From: Candidatus Aenigmatarchaeota archaeon
GTDB taxonomy: Archaea > Aenigmatarchaeota > Aenigmatarchaeia > Aenigmatarchaeales > Aenigmatarchaeaceae
Assembly (NCBI GenBank): GCA_046760145.1
Contig: JBHIDO010000003.1
Span: forward strand, 1-51,766
DNA length: 51,766 bases
Direction of reading: 5' to 3'
The translations under genes were made by a program, and so were the position numbers. Each line of letters opens with the position of its first letter. Position 1 is the first letter of the stretch. Below, one piece after another: positions 1 through 8,730 of the stretch. The notes below the pieces were generated by a model. The model worked only from the letters and a program-made list of their open reading frames with translations. It was not told the DNA's origin and did no database searches.

Positions 1-79
1 CTATAGCTCCAGAAAGAGGATTAAAGATAATAAATTTCTTATCTACTTTTAATAATATATTATATTTACTAACATACAT
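1..79 (-). CDS. N-terminal fragment of a probable radical SAM/SPASM peptide maturase (runs off window)
   Basis: Manual translation MYVSKYNILLKVDKKFIIFNPLSGAI, preceded by GTGAT RBS; resembles the MxxSKYN...FNxLSGA start of RRE-bearing rSAM/SPASM proteins; only 26 codons visible. Confidence 0.5.
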   Translation of the reverse strand, partial: MYVSKYNILLKVDKKFIIFNPLSGAI

Positions 80-116
80 TCTATCACTAGAAAAAAATTT
101 AAAGGGGGCTGCAGCA

Positions 117-236
117 TTATGGCCATATGTGTAAGCAGCAACACAAGAAACCCATTTGATTTATAGGATAATCATTTAATTTATATGTATTTGATAGATC
201 TTCTGTTATGCTCTTCATTTCATATTTTACAGTCAT
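117..236 (-). CDS. 39-aa peptide with CCC near the C-terminus, candidate RiPP precursor
   Basis: MTVKYEMKSITEDLSNTYKLNDYPINQMGFLCCCLHIWP*, strong GGGAGGT RBS upstream; below ORF-track cutoff. Confidence 0.6.
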   Translation of the reverse strand: MTVKYEMKSITEDLSNTYKLNDYPINQMGFLCCCLHIWP

Positions 237-400
237 ATTATTTACCTCCCTTATTATCAAATGAAATTTTTTATTAATTTATATAGAATTTCAAAGCAAA
301 TACAATTCTTACTGTATTTAGTAGTAATTTCAAATTTTATTCTATTCGTTTTTTGTCGTTTATCAATACTACTAATTTAAATATAATTTAAAATAAAAAT

Positions 401-1036
401 TTGATGATGATAGTATCAGATTTTGACCAAACTTTAAGAGGTGGAAATAGTTGCATTGAAATTTTACCTCCTGATAAAAAACCAGAAGGTGTAAGATTAC
501 ATAATCAACTTATTTTAGAGTGCAATTCTTTAGTTCAAGAATATGATGATATTAATAAATTAATAGAGGCAATTGACCAAACACATTATAAATATATGAA
601 GCAAGGTGCAAGATTACTAGAAGGTGAAAATATAGCAATATTTTCTAAGAAATGTTCACCACTTCATAGAAATTTTTCTAAAATAATTTCTGAAGCAAGA
701 AAAAACAATGGAATAAAGATTTTAACATGCTCAGATTGGAGAATAGCAGATAAATTTGCAAGAAATTATATTGATTGTGAATATGAAATTTTAGGAAGTG
801 AACTTGGATCTAAAGATAGAAAATTTGATGGAACAATAAAAAGATTTTTTGGAGCAAAAGCTAAAATGGATAGTTATGAGGAAGGAGATGTTTATGGTGA
901 TGATATAACTAACATTGGACTATTTTATAAGGCTTATATAAAAGGATTTGATATTTATCTTATTAAAACAGAAATAAAGCAAAATTCTATTTTGAATGCA
1001 ACTAGAAAATTCAAAATTCCTGTAAAATATTTATAA
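401..1036 (+). CDS. HAD-superfamily hydrolase (phosphoserine phosphatase-like)
   Basis: N-terminal DFDQT (DxDxT) motif and C-terminal YGDD motif. Confidence 0.6.
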   Translation: MMMIVSDFDQTLRGGNSCIEILPPDKKPEGVRLHNQLILECNSLVQEYDDINKLIEAIDQTHYKYMKQGARLLEGENIAIFSKKCSPLHRNFSKIISEARKNNGIKILTCSDWRIADKFARNYIDCEYEILGSELGSKDRKFDGTIKRFFGAKAKMDSYEEGDVYGDDITNIGLFYKAYIKGFDIYLIKTEIKQNSILNATRKFKIPVKYL

Positions 1037-1058
1037 TAAAGAGATTCAATTAACTTCT

Positions 1059-1496
1059 ATGAAATTAGATAATATAATTAAATTAAGAAAATATTTTAAT
1101 CAATATGTTATGGCAACAGCCATAATCAAAAGAAATAAAAAGTATCTTTTGCTTCAAAGAAGTAAACATAATCTAACTAATAAATATAAATGGCAATTTC
1201 CAGAAGGTGGGGTTGAATTCGGAGAAAAACCAATCAAAACCTTGGAGCGTGAATTAAAAGAAGAAATTAATTTAAAATTGCTAAATGCAAAGTTTTTAGA
1301 TTGTACTTCTACCAAATTAAGGTATTTACATCAAGATGTTTATCATATAATAAGAATTATTTTTCTTTGTAATGTGAAAGGGAAAATAAAGTTATCAAAA
1401 GAACATAAGGCTTATAAATGGTTTACAAAACAAGAAATAAAGTTCTTACCTTTAATTAAAGGATTAACATTTAATAGCATCAAACATTTACTTTGA
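1059..1496 (+). CDS. NUDIX hydrolase
   Basis: Nudix box GGVEFGEKPIKTLERELKEEINL. Confidence 0.9.
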   Translation: MKLDNIIKLRKYFNQYVMATAIIKRNKKYLLLQRSKHNLTNKYKWQFPEGGVEFGEKPIKTLERELKEEINLKLLNAKFLDCTSTKLRYLHQDVYHIIRIIFLCNVKGKIKLSKEHKAYKWFTKQEIKFLPLIKGLTFNSIKHLL

Positions 1497-2111
1497 ATAG
1501 GCCTCTGCTATTATCGTATAACATGTCACATATCCAAGAAATGATCCTATTGCAGGACCTATAAGTGGTATGAAAGATAAGATAGCAATAATTATAAATG
1601 AATATAACATTGCAACAAACCAAGCTACAAAATATCTTCCTGTAAATGCTTTTTTAGTTAAAAAATTTAATTCAAATGCTGATTCAAAATTATCTTTTTC
1701 TGCATATCTAACCACAGCAAGTGGAACAATATAAATTGTTATTAAAAATACAATAGCAGTTAATACCACTCCAATACCTGCTGTGGATAACATTAATAAT
1801 ATATCAATTGCAGTCTGGGTTCCTGTTAAACCAGCAAATAAACTTGTTCCAATTGTTAAGAAAAATAAAACAATTGTTGGAATGAAATAAAGTATTGTTA
1901 TAATGAATGCTATCAAACCTTTTATAAATAAATCTCCCCAGTCTTTCCATTTTGGTAATTTAAAGTCCCTTCTCATTGCTGTTCTTGCACAAACTAATAA
2001 ATAGCCAGTTCCTATTGTAAAATTTACAACAGGAATTATCATAACAATTACTCCTATGATAAAGGTTTTTAAATCTTGAAATGGTCTTTTGATCGCATCT
2101 CCGTATCTCAT
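1488..2111 (-). CDS. DUF4013-type membrane protein
   Basis: GY...LPKWKDWGDLFIKG motif, multiple TM segments. Confidence 0.75.
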   Translation of the reverse strand: MRYGDAIKRPFQDLKTFIIGVIVMIIPVVNFTIGTGYLLVCARTAMRRDFKLPKWKDWGDLFIKGLIAFIITILYFIPTIVLFFLTIGTSLFAGLTGTQTAIDILLMLSTAGIGVVLTAIVFLITIYIVPLAVVRYAEKDNFESAFELNFLTKKAFTGRYFVAWFVAMLYSFIIIAILSFIPLIGPAIGSFLGYVTCYTIIAEAYSK

Positions 2112-2920
2112 CTTCTTCTCTTCCTTCTAACTTTTCTAATTTTTCTTTTCTTAATTTTTCTCTTTTTAATTACTCTTCGTTTATTAATGTAGAATGCGGT
2201 AAAGGCAATTCCTCCTATTGGAGATACAAGGAACAAATTCAAAAAAAATCCTATGATAGGAATAAAATTCACAATAATAGAAAATATTCCTATTATTATC
2301 ACTAAAAGCAAGAATTGTAAGTAATTTGTTTTAACAACGTTAACACTTTTCTTTATAGATGGAACTGCTTTCAGATTATCAATCACAATTGCCTGGTTTG
2401 TTAATGCAAATAATAATAAAATTAGAACAGCTATTATTATACCAGTCATTGTCAATGCTACTGATGTTACACCTGTTGTCAATGTTAAAGTACCACCTGA
2501 AGCTGTTAATGCAAACAATGGAGTTAATGCTAAACCCAAAATTATCATTGAAATTACACCAACAAGAATATTTGCACCAAGAATTGTCCAAAATTTTTGT
2601 TTAACAATTCTAAACATTGTATTTATCTTTGCTTTTCTTTTCAAAGCATCTGCATAAATTCCAATTAAACCTGCTCCTAACAACATGCCCAATATGATTC
2701 CTATTGCAATTATAACAAACGATGCAAATAGAAGTGCTGGATTTTGTGCTAGCATAGCACTAACACTAACTCCCATATATAATGGGACTATTCCAATTAA
2801 TATCAATAAAACCGAAGCAACTAATAAGATAACCAATGCTCCTATTATTGTCCAGAAATTTTTTTTGTATGCATTCCATGATTTTTCTATAAGCTCAACA
2901 ACCATAATTTTATTTAACAT
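2108..2920 (-). CDS. Polytopic membrane protein with Arg/Lys-rich C-terminal tail
   Basis: About 6 hydrophobic segments; tail KRRVIKKRKIKKRKIRKVRRKRRR. Confidence 0.7.
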   Translation of the reverse strand: MLNKIMVVELIEKSWNAYKKNFWTIIGALVILLVASVLLILIGIVPLYMGVSVSAMLAQNPALLFASFVIIAIGIILGMLLGAGLIGIYADALKRKAKINTMFRIVKQKFWTILGANILVGVISMIILGLALTPLFALTASGGTLTLTTGVTSVALTMTGIIIAVLILLLFALTNQAIVIDNLKAVPSIKKSVNVVKTNYLQFLLLVIIIGIFSIIVNFIPIIGFFLNLFLVSPIGGIAFTAFYINKRRVIKKRKIKKRKIRKVRRKRRR

Positions 2921-2938
2921 AACTGCTTTATAAAGTTT

Positions 2939-3100
2939 TTATAATGGAAATGCATAGAATAAAATTAATTCAAAAATTATTAAAGAAACACAAATTAGTG
3001 CAACATGTTCTGGTTTTAGTTTGATTAAGGATTTTTCTTCCTCATAATATCTTACCAAACCTGCCATTCCACTTGGAGCTTGAATTCTTTTCTCTGCCAT
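2939..3100 (-). CDS. secG: Preprotein translocase subunit Sec61beta
   Basis: Manual translation MAEKRIQAPSGMAGLVRYYEEEKSLIKLKPEHVALICVSLIIFELILFYAFPL; AGLVRYY...IKLKPEHV plus one TM helix. Confidence 0.9.
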   Translation of the reverse strand: MAEKRIQAPSGMAGLVRYYEEEKSLIKLKPEHVALICVSLIIFELILFYAFPL

Positions 3101-3117
3101 AATTATCACGATTTAGC

Positions 3118-3393
3118 GGTGTGCTGGGTTAGCCCGTCTTCTGTGAGCAGATCATTGCCCTTGGCAAATCATCTACCTGCATAATGGCATCTGTCTTTGC
3201 AACCTACCCGCTACTCCTTCATCATTGTAGCCTACTTGGTCTTGCACCTTGCTAGCTTGTTCAATTGAAATCATATTTTTAGGGATTTAATTGAACTGCC
3301 TTACCTTCTCAGGTAAGTCCTTTCGGACAGCAAATTTGATGGTGGACGGAGCTTCCTCACCGCAATGCAGCGACAGCCATCTCCCAGCTCACC
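3118..3393 (-). ncRNA. rnpB: RNase P RNA
   Basis: P1 GGUGAGCUGGG/CCCAGCACACC; CR-I GAGGAAGCUCCGUC pairs with CR-V ACAGAAGACGGGCUA (P4); GGUGCAAGACCAAGUAGGC segment. Confidence 0.88.
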
Positions 3394-3429
3394 TTTTTAG
3401 AATATATTTTTAAAGTTTAAAAAGATTAG

Positions 3430-3699
3430 TTATAATTTAATTTCCTCTCTTTCCAATACTTCATAACCTAATTCATTATCTGCTGGTATTCTTAATTCTT
3501 TATATGCTGTATTACATTTTCTACCACCATATGCTTTAGAAACCTTTAATAATGTTTCTATATCAGGAAAGCAAAAGGTTTTTGTACCTGTTAATATTCC
3601 AGAACCATTATTAGTTTCAACCCTACGAGTTTCAAAATAAGAAGATTTTAAAGCATAAGCTTCTCCTTCTGTAATTCTTTCAGTTAATATTGCGACCAT
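3430..3699 (-). CDS. Hypothetical protein (89 aa)
   Basis: ORF with GTGAT RBS and TTTAAA box upstream; no recognised motif. Confidence 0.6.
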   Translation of the reverse strand: MVAILTERITEGEAYALKSSYFETRRVETNNGSGILTGTKTFCFPDIETLLKVSKAYGGRKCNTAYKELRIPADNELGYEVLEREEIKL

Positions 3700-3766
3700 A
3701 CAATCACTTCTAAAAGAAATAACATTTAAGATATTTAAAAGTTCCTTTTTTACTCTAAGAAAAGAG

Positions 3767-3798
3767 TGAACCAGCAGAGGTATTTGAGAGGTCTAAAC
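3767..3798 (-). other. 3' strand of pre-23S processing stem (BHB)
   Basis: GUUUAGACCUC-UCAA-AUA-CCUCUGCUGGUUCA is complementary to 8698-8730, with a 4-bp UUGA/UCAA helix and two 3-nt bulges. Confidence 0.85.
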
Positions 3799-4007
3799 AA
3801 AAAGGCGTTGGGAACAGCGAGCTGAATATGTCGCCGAAGCTTCATACTTACACTCCTGTCCCATTAAACGGATCGTCTATCCGTGCCAGTTACCTATTTT
3901 TCCCGGCAGCTTCGAGCTTAGATGCCTTCAGCTCTTATCTGCTATGGCGTAGCTGCCCGGCAGTGCATTAACAACCGGTCAACCAGTGGCCACGAGTGGG
4001 CGTTCCT

Positions 4008-4228
4008 TTTACGTGCACCCACCACTTGAAAAATTTCATCTTATTTAAAGGGTTTATTTCCCTTAAAAATTTCTTAACATTTTTTTCTGTAAAAACAATT
4101 AGTACTATTCTTAATCTTAATTTTAAATCGTATACATGTCCATCTGCTAAAGCACCCTTTAAATAAGCTAAATCTCCTTCCATATTTCGATTATTGTTTT
4201 TGAAATTTAAATTTGTGATGAAGTGCAT
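4008..4228 (-). mobile_element. BHB intron (221 nt) in the sarcin-ricin loop, with LAGLIDADG remnant
   Basis: UACG-AA^A-UGCAC...GUGCA-CGUA-AA^A; ligation gives AGUACGAAAGGAAC; internal AYLKGALADGHV remnant. Confidence 0.9.
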
Positions 4229-4292
4229 TTCGTACTTGCCCATTCTTCGAGTCAGGTAACAACACCCTCAGAAGATATAAACCGTACTGTCT

Positions 4293-4447
4293 TTGTCGTC
4301 AAGAGTAAGAGGAATTAATGGCTCATTAGCTACCCATAATCTAATCATAGCCTGTATCGTATTTGGTAATCTATTTTCATAGCTAGCTAATGCTAATGCT
4401 CAATAGATCATCTTGAGATACGAAAAAGACCCCTCTTGCTACTTGAT
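4293..4447 (-). mobile_element. BHB intron (155 nt) in helix 93 loop, about E. coli 2597/2598
   Basis: GUCG-UG^A-UCAAG...CUUGA-CGAC-AA^A; ligation restores GUCGUGAGACAG. Confidence 0.9.
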
Positions 4448-4467
4448 CACGACGTACTGAACCCAGC

Positions 4468-4679
4468 TTCCGCAGGAGTCAATAAGATATCTAACTTTCT
4501 TTTCTTAGCAGGATGTGGAAGTTTATATCTTGAAAAAATTTCAATATTTGTTGATTATTATGGTATTTTCATTTTTTGAAAGATGCCCATCACTTCCAAT
4601 AATTCCTGCCAAAGTGGAAAGTTTCATAAGTAATAATATGTTCAATCCTACTTATTTATTAAATCTTACTGAACCCCTT
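4468..4679 (-). mobile_element. BHB intron (212 nt), about E. coli 2577/2578, with LAGLIDADG remnant
   Basis: Long terminal stem AGGGGUUCAGUAAGAU/AUCUUAUUGACUCCU with imperfect central helix; ligation gives GGACGUUAGCUGGG; internal MKLSTLAGIIGSDGHLS* remnant. Confidence 0.85.
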
Positions 4680-5315
4680 TAACGTCCCCCTTTAATCAGT
4701 GAACACCTGCACCCTTGGCCGCTACTGCACGGCCAGGAGGGGGGGAGCCGACAGCGGAGAAGCAACGCGCGGGGTCGATATGGGCTCTCGCCCGCCACGA
4801 CTCCATTATCCCCGGGGTAGCTTTTCTGAAGTCACAAAAATCCACCAAGGAAAGTTTGCGTTTCGCTAGCCCACGCTTTCGCGTCTGGATTTCTTGCATT
4901 GCAAAATCCAGTCAGGCTGACTTTTGCGCTTACACTCTAAGTCTGATTTCTGACCAGACAGAGTCAACCTTTGGGCACTCTTGATCTCCTGTCAAGAGTG
5001 TACCGCCCCAGCCGAGCTGCCTACCAATCGGTGTCCCTCTTTCGGGGTTAGTCATACAATCATAGAAAGTCAGTGTTACATTGGCGCTTATCTAACACCC
5101 GAAAGTGTTAGAATAACAGCTCCTGACTACGCTATGTAACTATAACCATACAACAGCGACAGGCTGCAGCAGAGCTCCACGGGGTCTTCTCTTCCCACTG
5201 AGGGTCTCTGGCCTATTCACCAGAAAAGCAGGTTCGCCAAGCTCCAGCTCGGGACAGCAGGAAAGTCGTTAAGCCATTCATGCGGGTCGTCAATTAAACG
5301 ACAAGGGATTACGCT

Positions 5316-6061
5316 CAATCTGTTACTTTTATGACCTTCTGTTTCTAGAAGGCGGGATTGCATTTCTACAAACCTCCTCATGTCTCCATGAGGTTCGGAC
5401 TATATCTTCATCACTTTTATGATGTCTGGCGTATAGTCTCTGAGGATCCCGCTTTCTTTATTTCATCTATTATTTGATTTAATTTGTATCGCCTTTGTTT
5501 CCCTTCAAGGTTCATCTTAAAGACCTTTTCAACCATATGCATGAATTTTCTTTTGTCTGAATGGTCCTTTCTTTCTAATGCATTAACTATTTCTTTAAAT
5601 ATTTCAAAGTCTTTTTGTTTTGCAATTAATTTGTATTTTTCAAAGAAGGGAATTATTTTTTCTTTTAGTTGTCTTCTGTTATCAACTATGAACAGAAGAA
5701 TATTTTTTTGTCCGGGTTTCTCAATTATTCTTCCGCAATGAAGTTCTTTTTTGAAAAGTTCAAGAACTTCTCGGCTGTTTTTATGTTGTGTTACTTGAAA
5801 TAATGGATCAAGCACCCAACCAAATCTAGTACCTTTTTGTTTTTTTGTGGAAATACTAAAACAACCTTCTGCATCTGAGAAACCTACCAGGTAATGGTTT
5901 AGGTATTGCTTCTTGCTCAGAAGCTTCTTATCCATCATATTTTATCACCTCTTGCGGTTTCCTGCTGGTTGTCCATATATCATCAAGATTTTTCCTTACT
6001 TAGGACTTGAAGCTTTAGGATATTCCAGCATACAGCCAGATTTTACTAAGGCAACATATTC
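5316..6061 (-). mobile_element. Group I intron (746 nt) after U1931 (E. coli numbering)
   Basis: Inserted in CUUAAGGU^AGCG; exon ends in U and intron ends in G; core elements AUGCUGGAA (P), AACCAGCAGG (Q), UCAGAGACUAUA (R), AAGAUAUAGUCC (S). Confidence 0.92.
5417..5938 (-). CDS. Single-motif LAGLIDADG homing endonuclease encoded by the group I intron
   Basis: YLVGFSDAEGCF motif, FQVTQH; GAGGTGA RBS; 3' end runs into the intron R element. Confidence 0.93.
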   Translation of the reverse strand: MMDKKLLSKKQYLNHYLVGFSDAEGCFSISTKKQKGTRFGWVLDPLFQVTQHKNSREVLELFKKELHCGRIIEKPGQKNILLFIVDNRRQLKEKIIPFFEKYKLIAKQKDFEIFKEIVNALERKDHSDKRKFMHMVEKVFKMNLEGKQRRYKLNQIIDEIKKAGSSETIRQTS

Positions 6062-6193
6062 ACCTTAAGACGGTCAGAGTTACCGCCGCCGTTTACGAGG
6101 GCTTGAGCCGGTTGAAACCAGCTTTCACACACTCGCACTGGGCAGGCCTCACCGAGTATACAAAGGATTTCTCCCTAGCACTCGGCTACGTTT

Positions 6194-6633
6194 TTTAACC
6201 AGAAAGAATTAAGCTCTATGATAAAATCTTTTTCCTTCTTCATCAAACATAAACATATAAGGAGTACCTGTTGGTGATTTTTCTCTAAATCTATCGAGAA
6301 GTTCTTTATGGTCCAGGGTTTCTATACTACCCTTATCAACAACATAATTTCCACTATTTGGATCTATCAATATAGTACAAGGAAATTCTTTAATTTCTGG
6401 TAATATCTTTTCAAGATGTCTTTTTGCTCTAGCTCCTTTTAATTCTGATGTCTCAAAATAATCGAAAGACATTTCTTCCAATCTGTATATTGAAGCTTCT
6501 GGGTTGATAGCTATTAATTCATTTATCTCTTCTGGATCACTTGTAATAGTGATAACTTCATCATCTTTAGCTAACATGTATTTTACCATAAACAGAATTC
6601 CTCATAAAACCTTAAATACTTAACTCCTTCTGT
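6194..6633 (-). mobile_element. BHB intron (440 nt), about E. coli 1784/1785, carrying an intact ORF
   Basis: UAAC-AA^A-CAGAAGGAGUUAA...UUAAUUCUUUCUG-GUUA-AA^A; ligation restores GACUGUUUAACAAAAAC. Confidence 0.9.
6209..6589 (-). CDS. Intron-encoded hypothetical protein (126 aa), no homing-endonuclease motif
   Basis: ORF fills the intron loop; C-half ILIDPNSGNYVV...REKSP...PYMF loosely recalls DUF5678-like domains. Confidence 0.7.
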   Translation of the reverse strand: MVKYMLAKDDEVITITSDPEEINELIAINPEASIYRLEEMSFDYFETSELKGARAKRHLEKILPEIKEFPCTILIDPNSGNYVVDKGSIETLDHKELLDRFREKSPTGTPYMFMFDEEGKRFYHRA

Positions 6634-6717
6634 TTGTTAAACAGTCGCCTTCCTCTTGTCACTGCGACCTATGTATCTCTACATAGGCAACCCTTCTACC
6701 AAAGGTACGGGTCTAAT

Positions 6718-6937
6718 TTCGACTGGACGGAGAAAGTTCAAATGTTTTTCAACAAAAATTTTTGCAAATCGCCTACAGAATCAAATTTATTTATCCAATT
6801 TGATTTAGAAGTAAGTTTGCCACAAAAAATAATAAGTTCTACAATGTCATTTTTTCTATAAAATCCTTGCTTCCTTTTCTTTGAACCACTCTTTAGGGGC
6901 TTGAATCGAGACTTACTAGACGAACTTCTACATCCAT
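6718..6937 (-). mobile_element. BHB intron (220 nt), about E. coli 1677/1678
   Basis: CGGC-AA^A-UGGAUG...CGUCCA-GUCG-AA^A; ligation restores UUCGGCAAAUUAG; loop holds AT-rich decayed coding-like sequence. Confidence 0.88.
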
Positions 6938-8697
6938 TTGCCGAATTCCCTAAGCTGGTATAACTTGACACACCATTGCCTTCTCAGCAAGGGGCACCTG
7001 TATCGGTTCTGGGTATGATCACAAACAATCCTTTCTGATTGCATTTTCATGGCCTCTGGGAATTTGCTGAACTCCCCTATACAGAGAAGCTATTCATACC
7101 TTTATCCGGTTCTCTCTTTGACAGAACTTCCCGGATTTAAGTATTTAACTTACGTCAGCATATCTCCAAAGGGTCTGCAATCAGACTTGCGTTGCCGCAC
7201 GTATGTTTGTGGTACAGGAATATTAACCTGTTTCCCTTTCCCCAGATTCAGTTAAGGTCTGGGTTAGGATCAACTAACTCCCGGTTGATAGACATTGCCG
7301 GGAAACCCTTGCCCTTTAGGCGGAGAGGATTCCAACCTCTCTTTGATGCTACTACTGGCAGGATTTTCAATTCTGCATGGTCCATGCTTGCTTACGCAGG
7401 CACTTCTACCCACACAGAACGCCTTCCTACGCTATATCTTTCGATATCTAAGGTATCGGTAACCAACTTACTCCCGTCCATCTTCAGCGCATCAGTCCTC
7501 GACAGGTCCGCTGTTACGCGTTGTTTAACGGATGGCTGCCTCTAAGCCAACCGCCCTGCTGTTTTAGGGCTGACACTACTTTTGTGACTTAGTTGGTATT
7601 TAGGGACCTTAACCTTAGGCTGGGTTGTTCCCCTTTCGGACACTAAGCTTACCCCAGTGCCCTCACTCCTACCTTCTAAGATACTGACAGATTATTAGTT
7701 TGACAAGAAAGCCGGGAATTTCTTCCCTTAACTTCCTAATCAGTGCTTTACCCCATCAGTTATCTCTGGTAAGGCTGTGCTAAGACACATTTCGGAAGGA
7801 ACCAGCTATCAGCGCTCTCGATTGGCTTTTCACCCCTAATCCCAAGTCACCCGAACGATTTGCAGCTCAGTATCGGTATCGGACCTCCACGCAGCTTTCG
7901 CTACGCTTCATCCTGCTAAGGATTAGATCGAGCGCTTTCTGGTCTTGTTCATGTGACTACTCCCTCTTTCAAAGGACGCCCCTCAAATTTGCGGGCTTGT
8001 CGCTTTCGCTACGGATTCGTTTTTAAAAACTTAACCTCGCCACAGAAACAAACTCCCTGCCCCGTGTTTCCAAACGGACTCCATAACCCTGTAAGCTCTC
8101 CCTAGTACACATCACTTGCGTGATTTTCCTTCAGGAAAGCACCTTTCAGGCCATGGATGACTATTACCATTTGGTTTCAGGATCTTTTCATCTTCTGTGA
8201 AGAATACTTTTCAGCTTTCTGTCACCATACTTCTTCACTATCGGACTTTTGAGATATTTAGGGTTACGAGTTGGTGCCTCGCATATTCCTGCTCCATATC
8301 CAAGGAACAGTAATCTTTTCCTGAAATCAACTTTCTGGTCTTCCTCTACTCGACTATCACGATCTATGGTGTATCTTTCCAGATAACTTCGAGTCAACCA
8401 GCGAAGTTGTGCTCAGGTTCCACATATTACTTGTATTTCTACAAGCATTCGGTTTGCCCTGTTCTGCTTTTAGTCGCCCTTATTCACAGAATCGCGTTTG
8501 CTTTCTTTTCCTCCGCTTACTAAGATGCTTCAATCCAGCGGGTTCCCTATCCTTTCGGATTGCTAGCCGAAGCTAGCACGAAGTCGCATTCAATGATCTT
8601 GGGTTCAAAGGCTACTTGTGCCTACCCCAAGCTTTTCCTAACTTGCTAGGATCTTCTTCGGTCTCAAAAGCCAAGCCATCCACCAAATGGTTTACCT

Positions 8698-8730
8698 GCT
8701 TAGACCTTTTCTCAACCTCTGCTGGTTTCA
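8698..8730 (-). other. 5' strand of pre-23S processing stem (BHB)
   Basis: UGAAACCAGCAGAGG-UUGA-GAA-AAGGUCUAAGC pairs with 3767-3798. Confidence 0.85.

Larger units (their letters stand above)
3800..8695 (-). rRNA. rrl: 23S rRNA, interrupted by six introns; ends approximate
   Basis: GC-richer block with universal LSU motifs (GGUGGAUGGCUUGGCU, GAUAGCUGGUUC, CUUAAGGU/AGCG, GCAUCUAAGC) and flanking BHB processing stem. Confidence 0.97.

Noticed and set aside
3968-4243. 91-aa ORF as a functional gene
   Set aside because: Both ends run through 23S exons; only the middle is a deleted LAGLIDADG remnant
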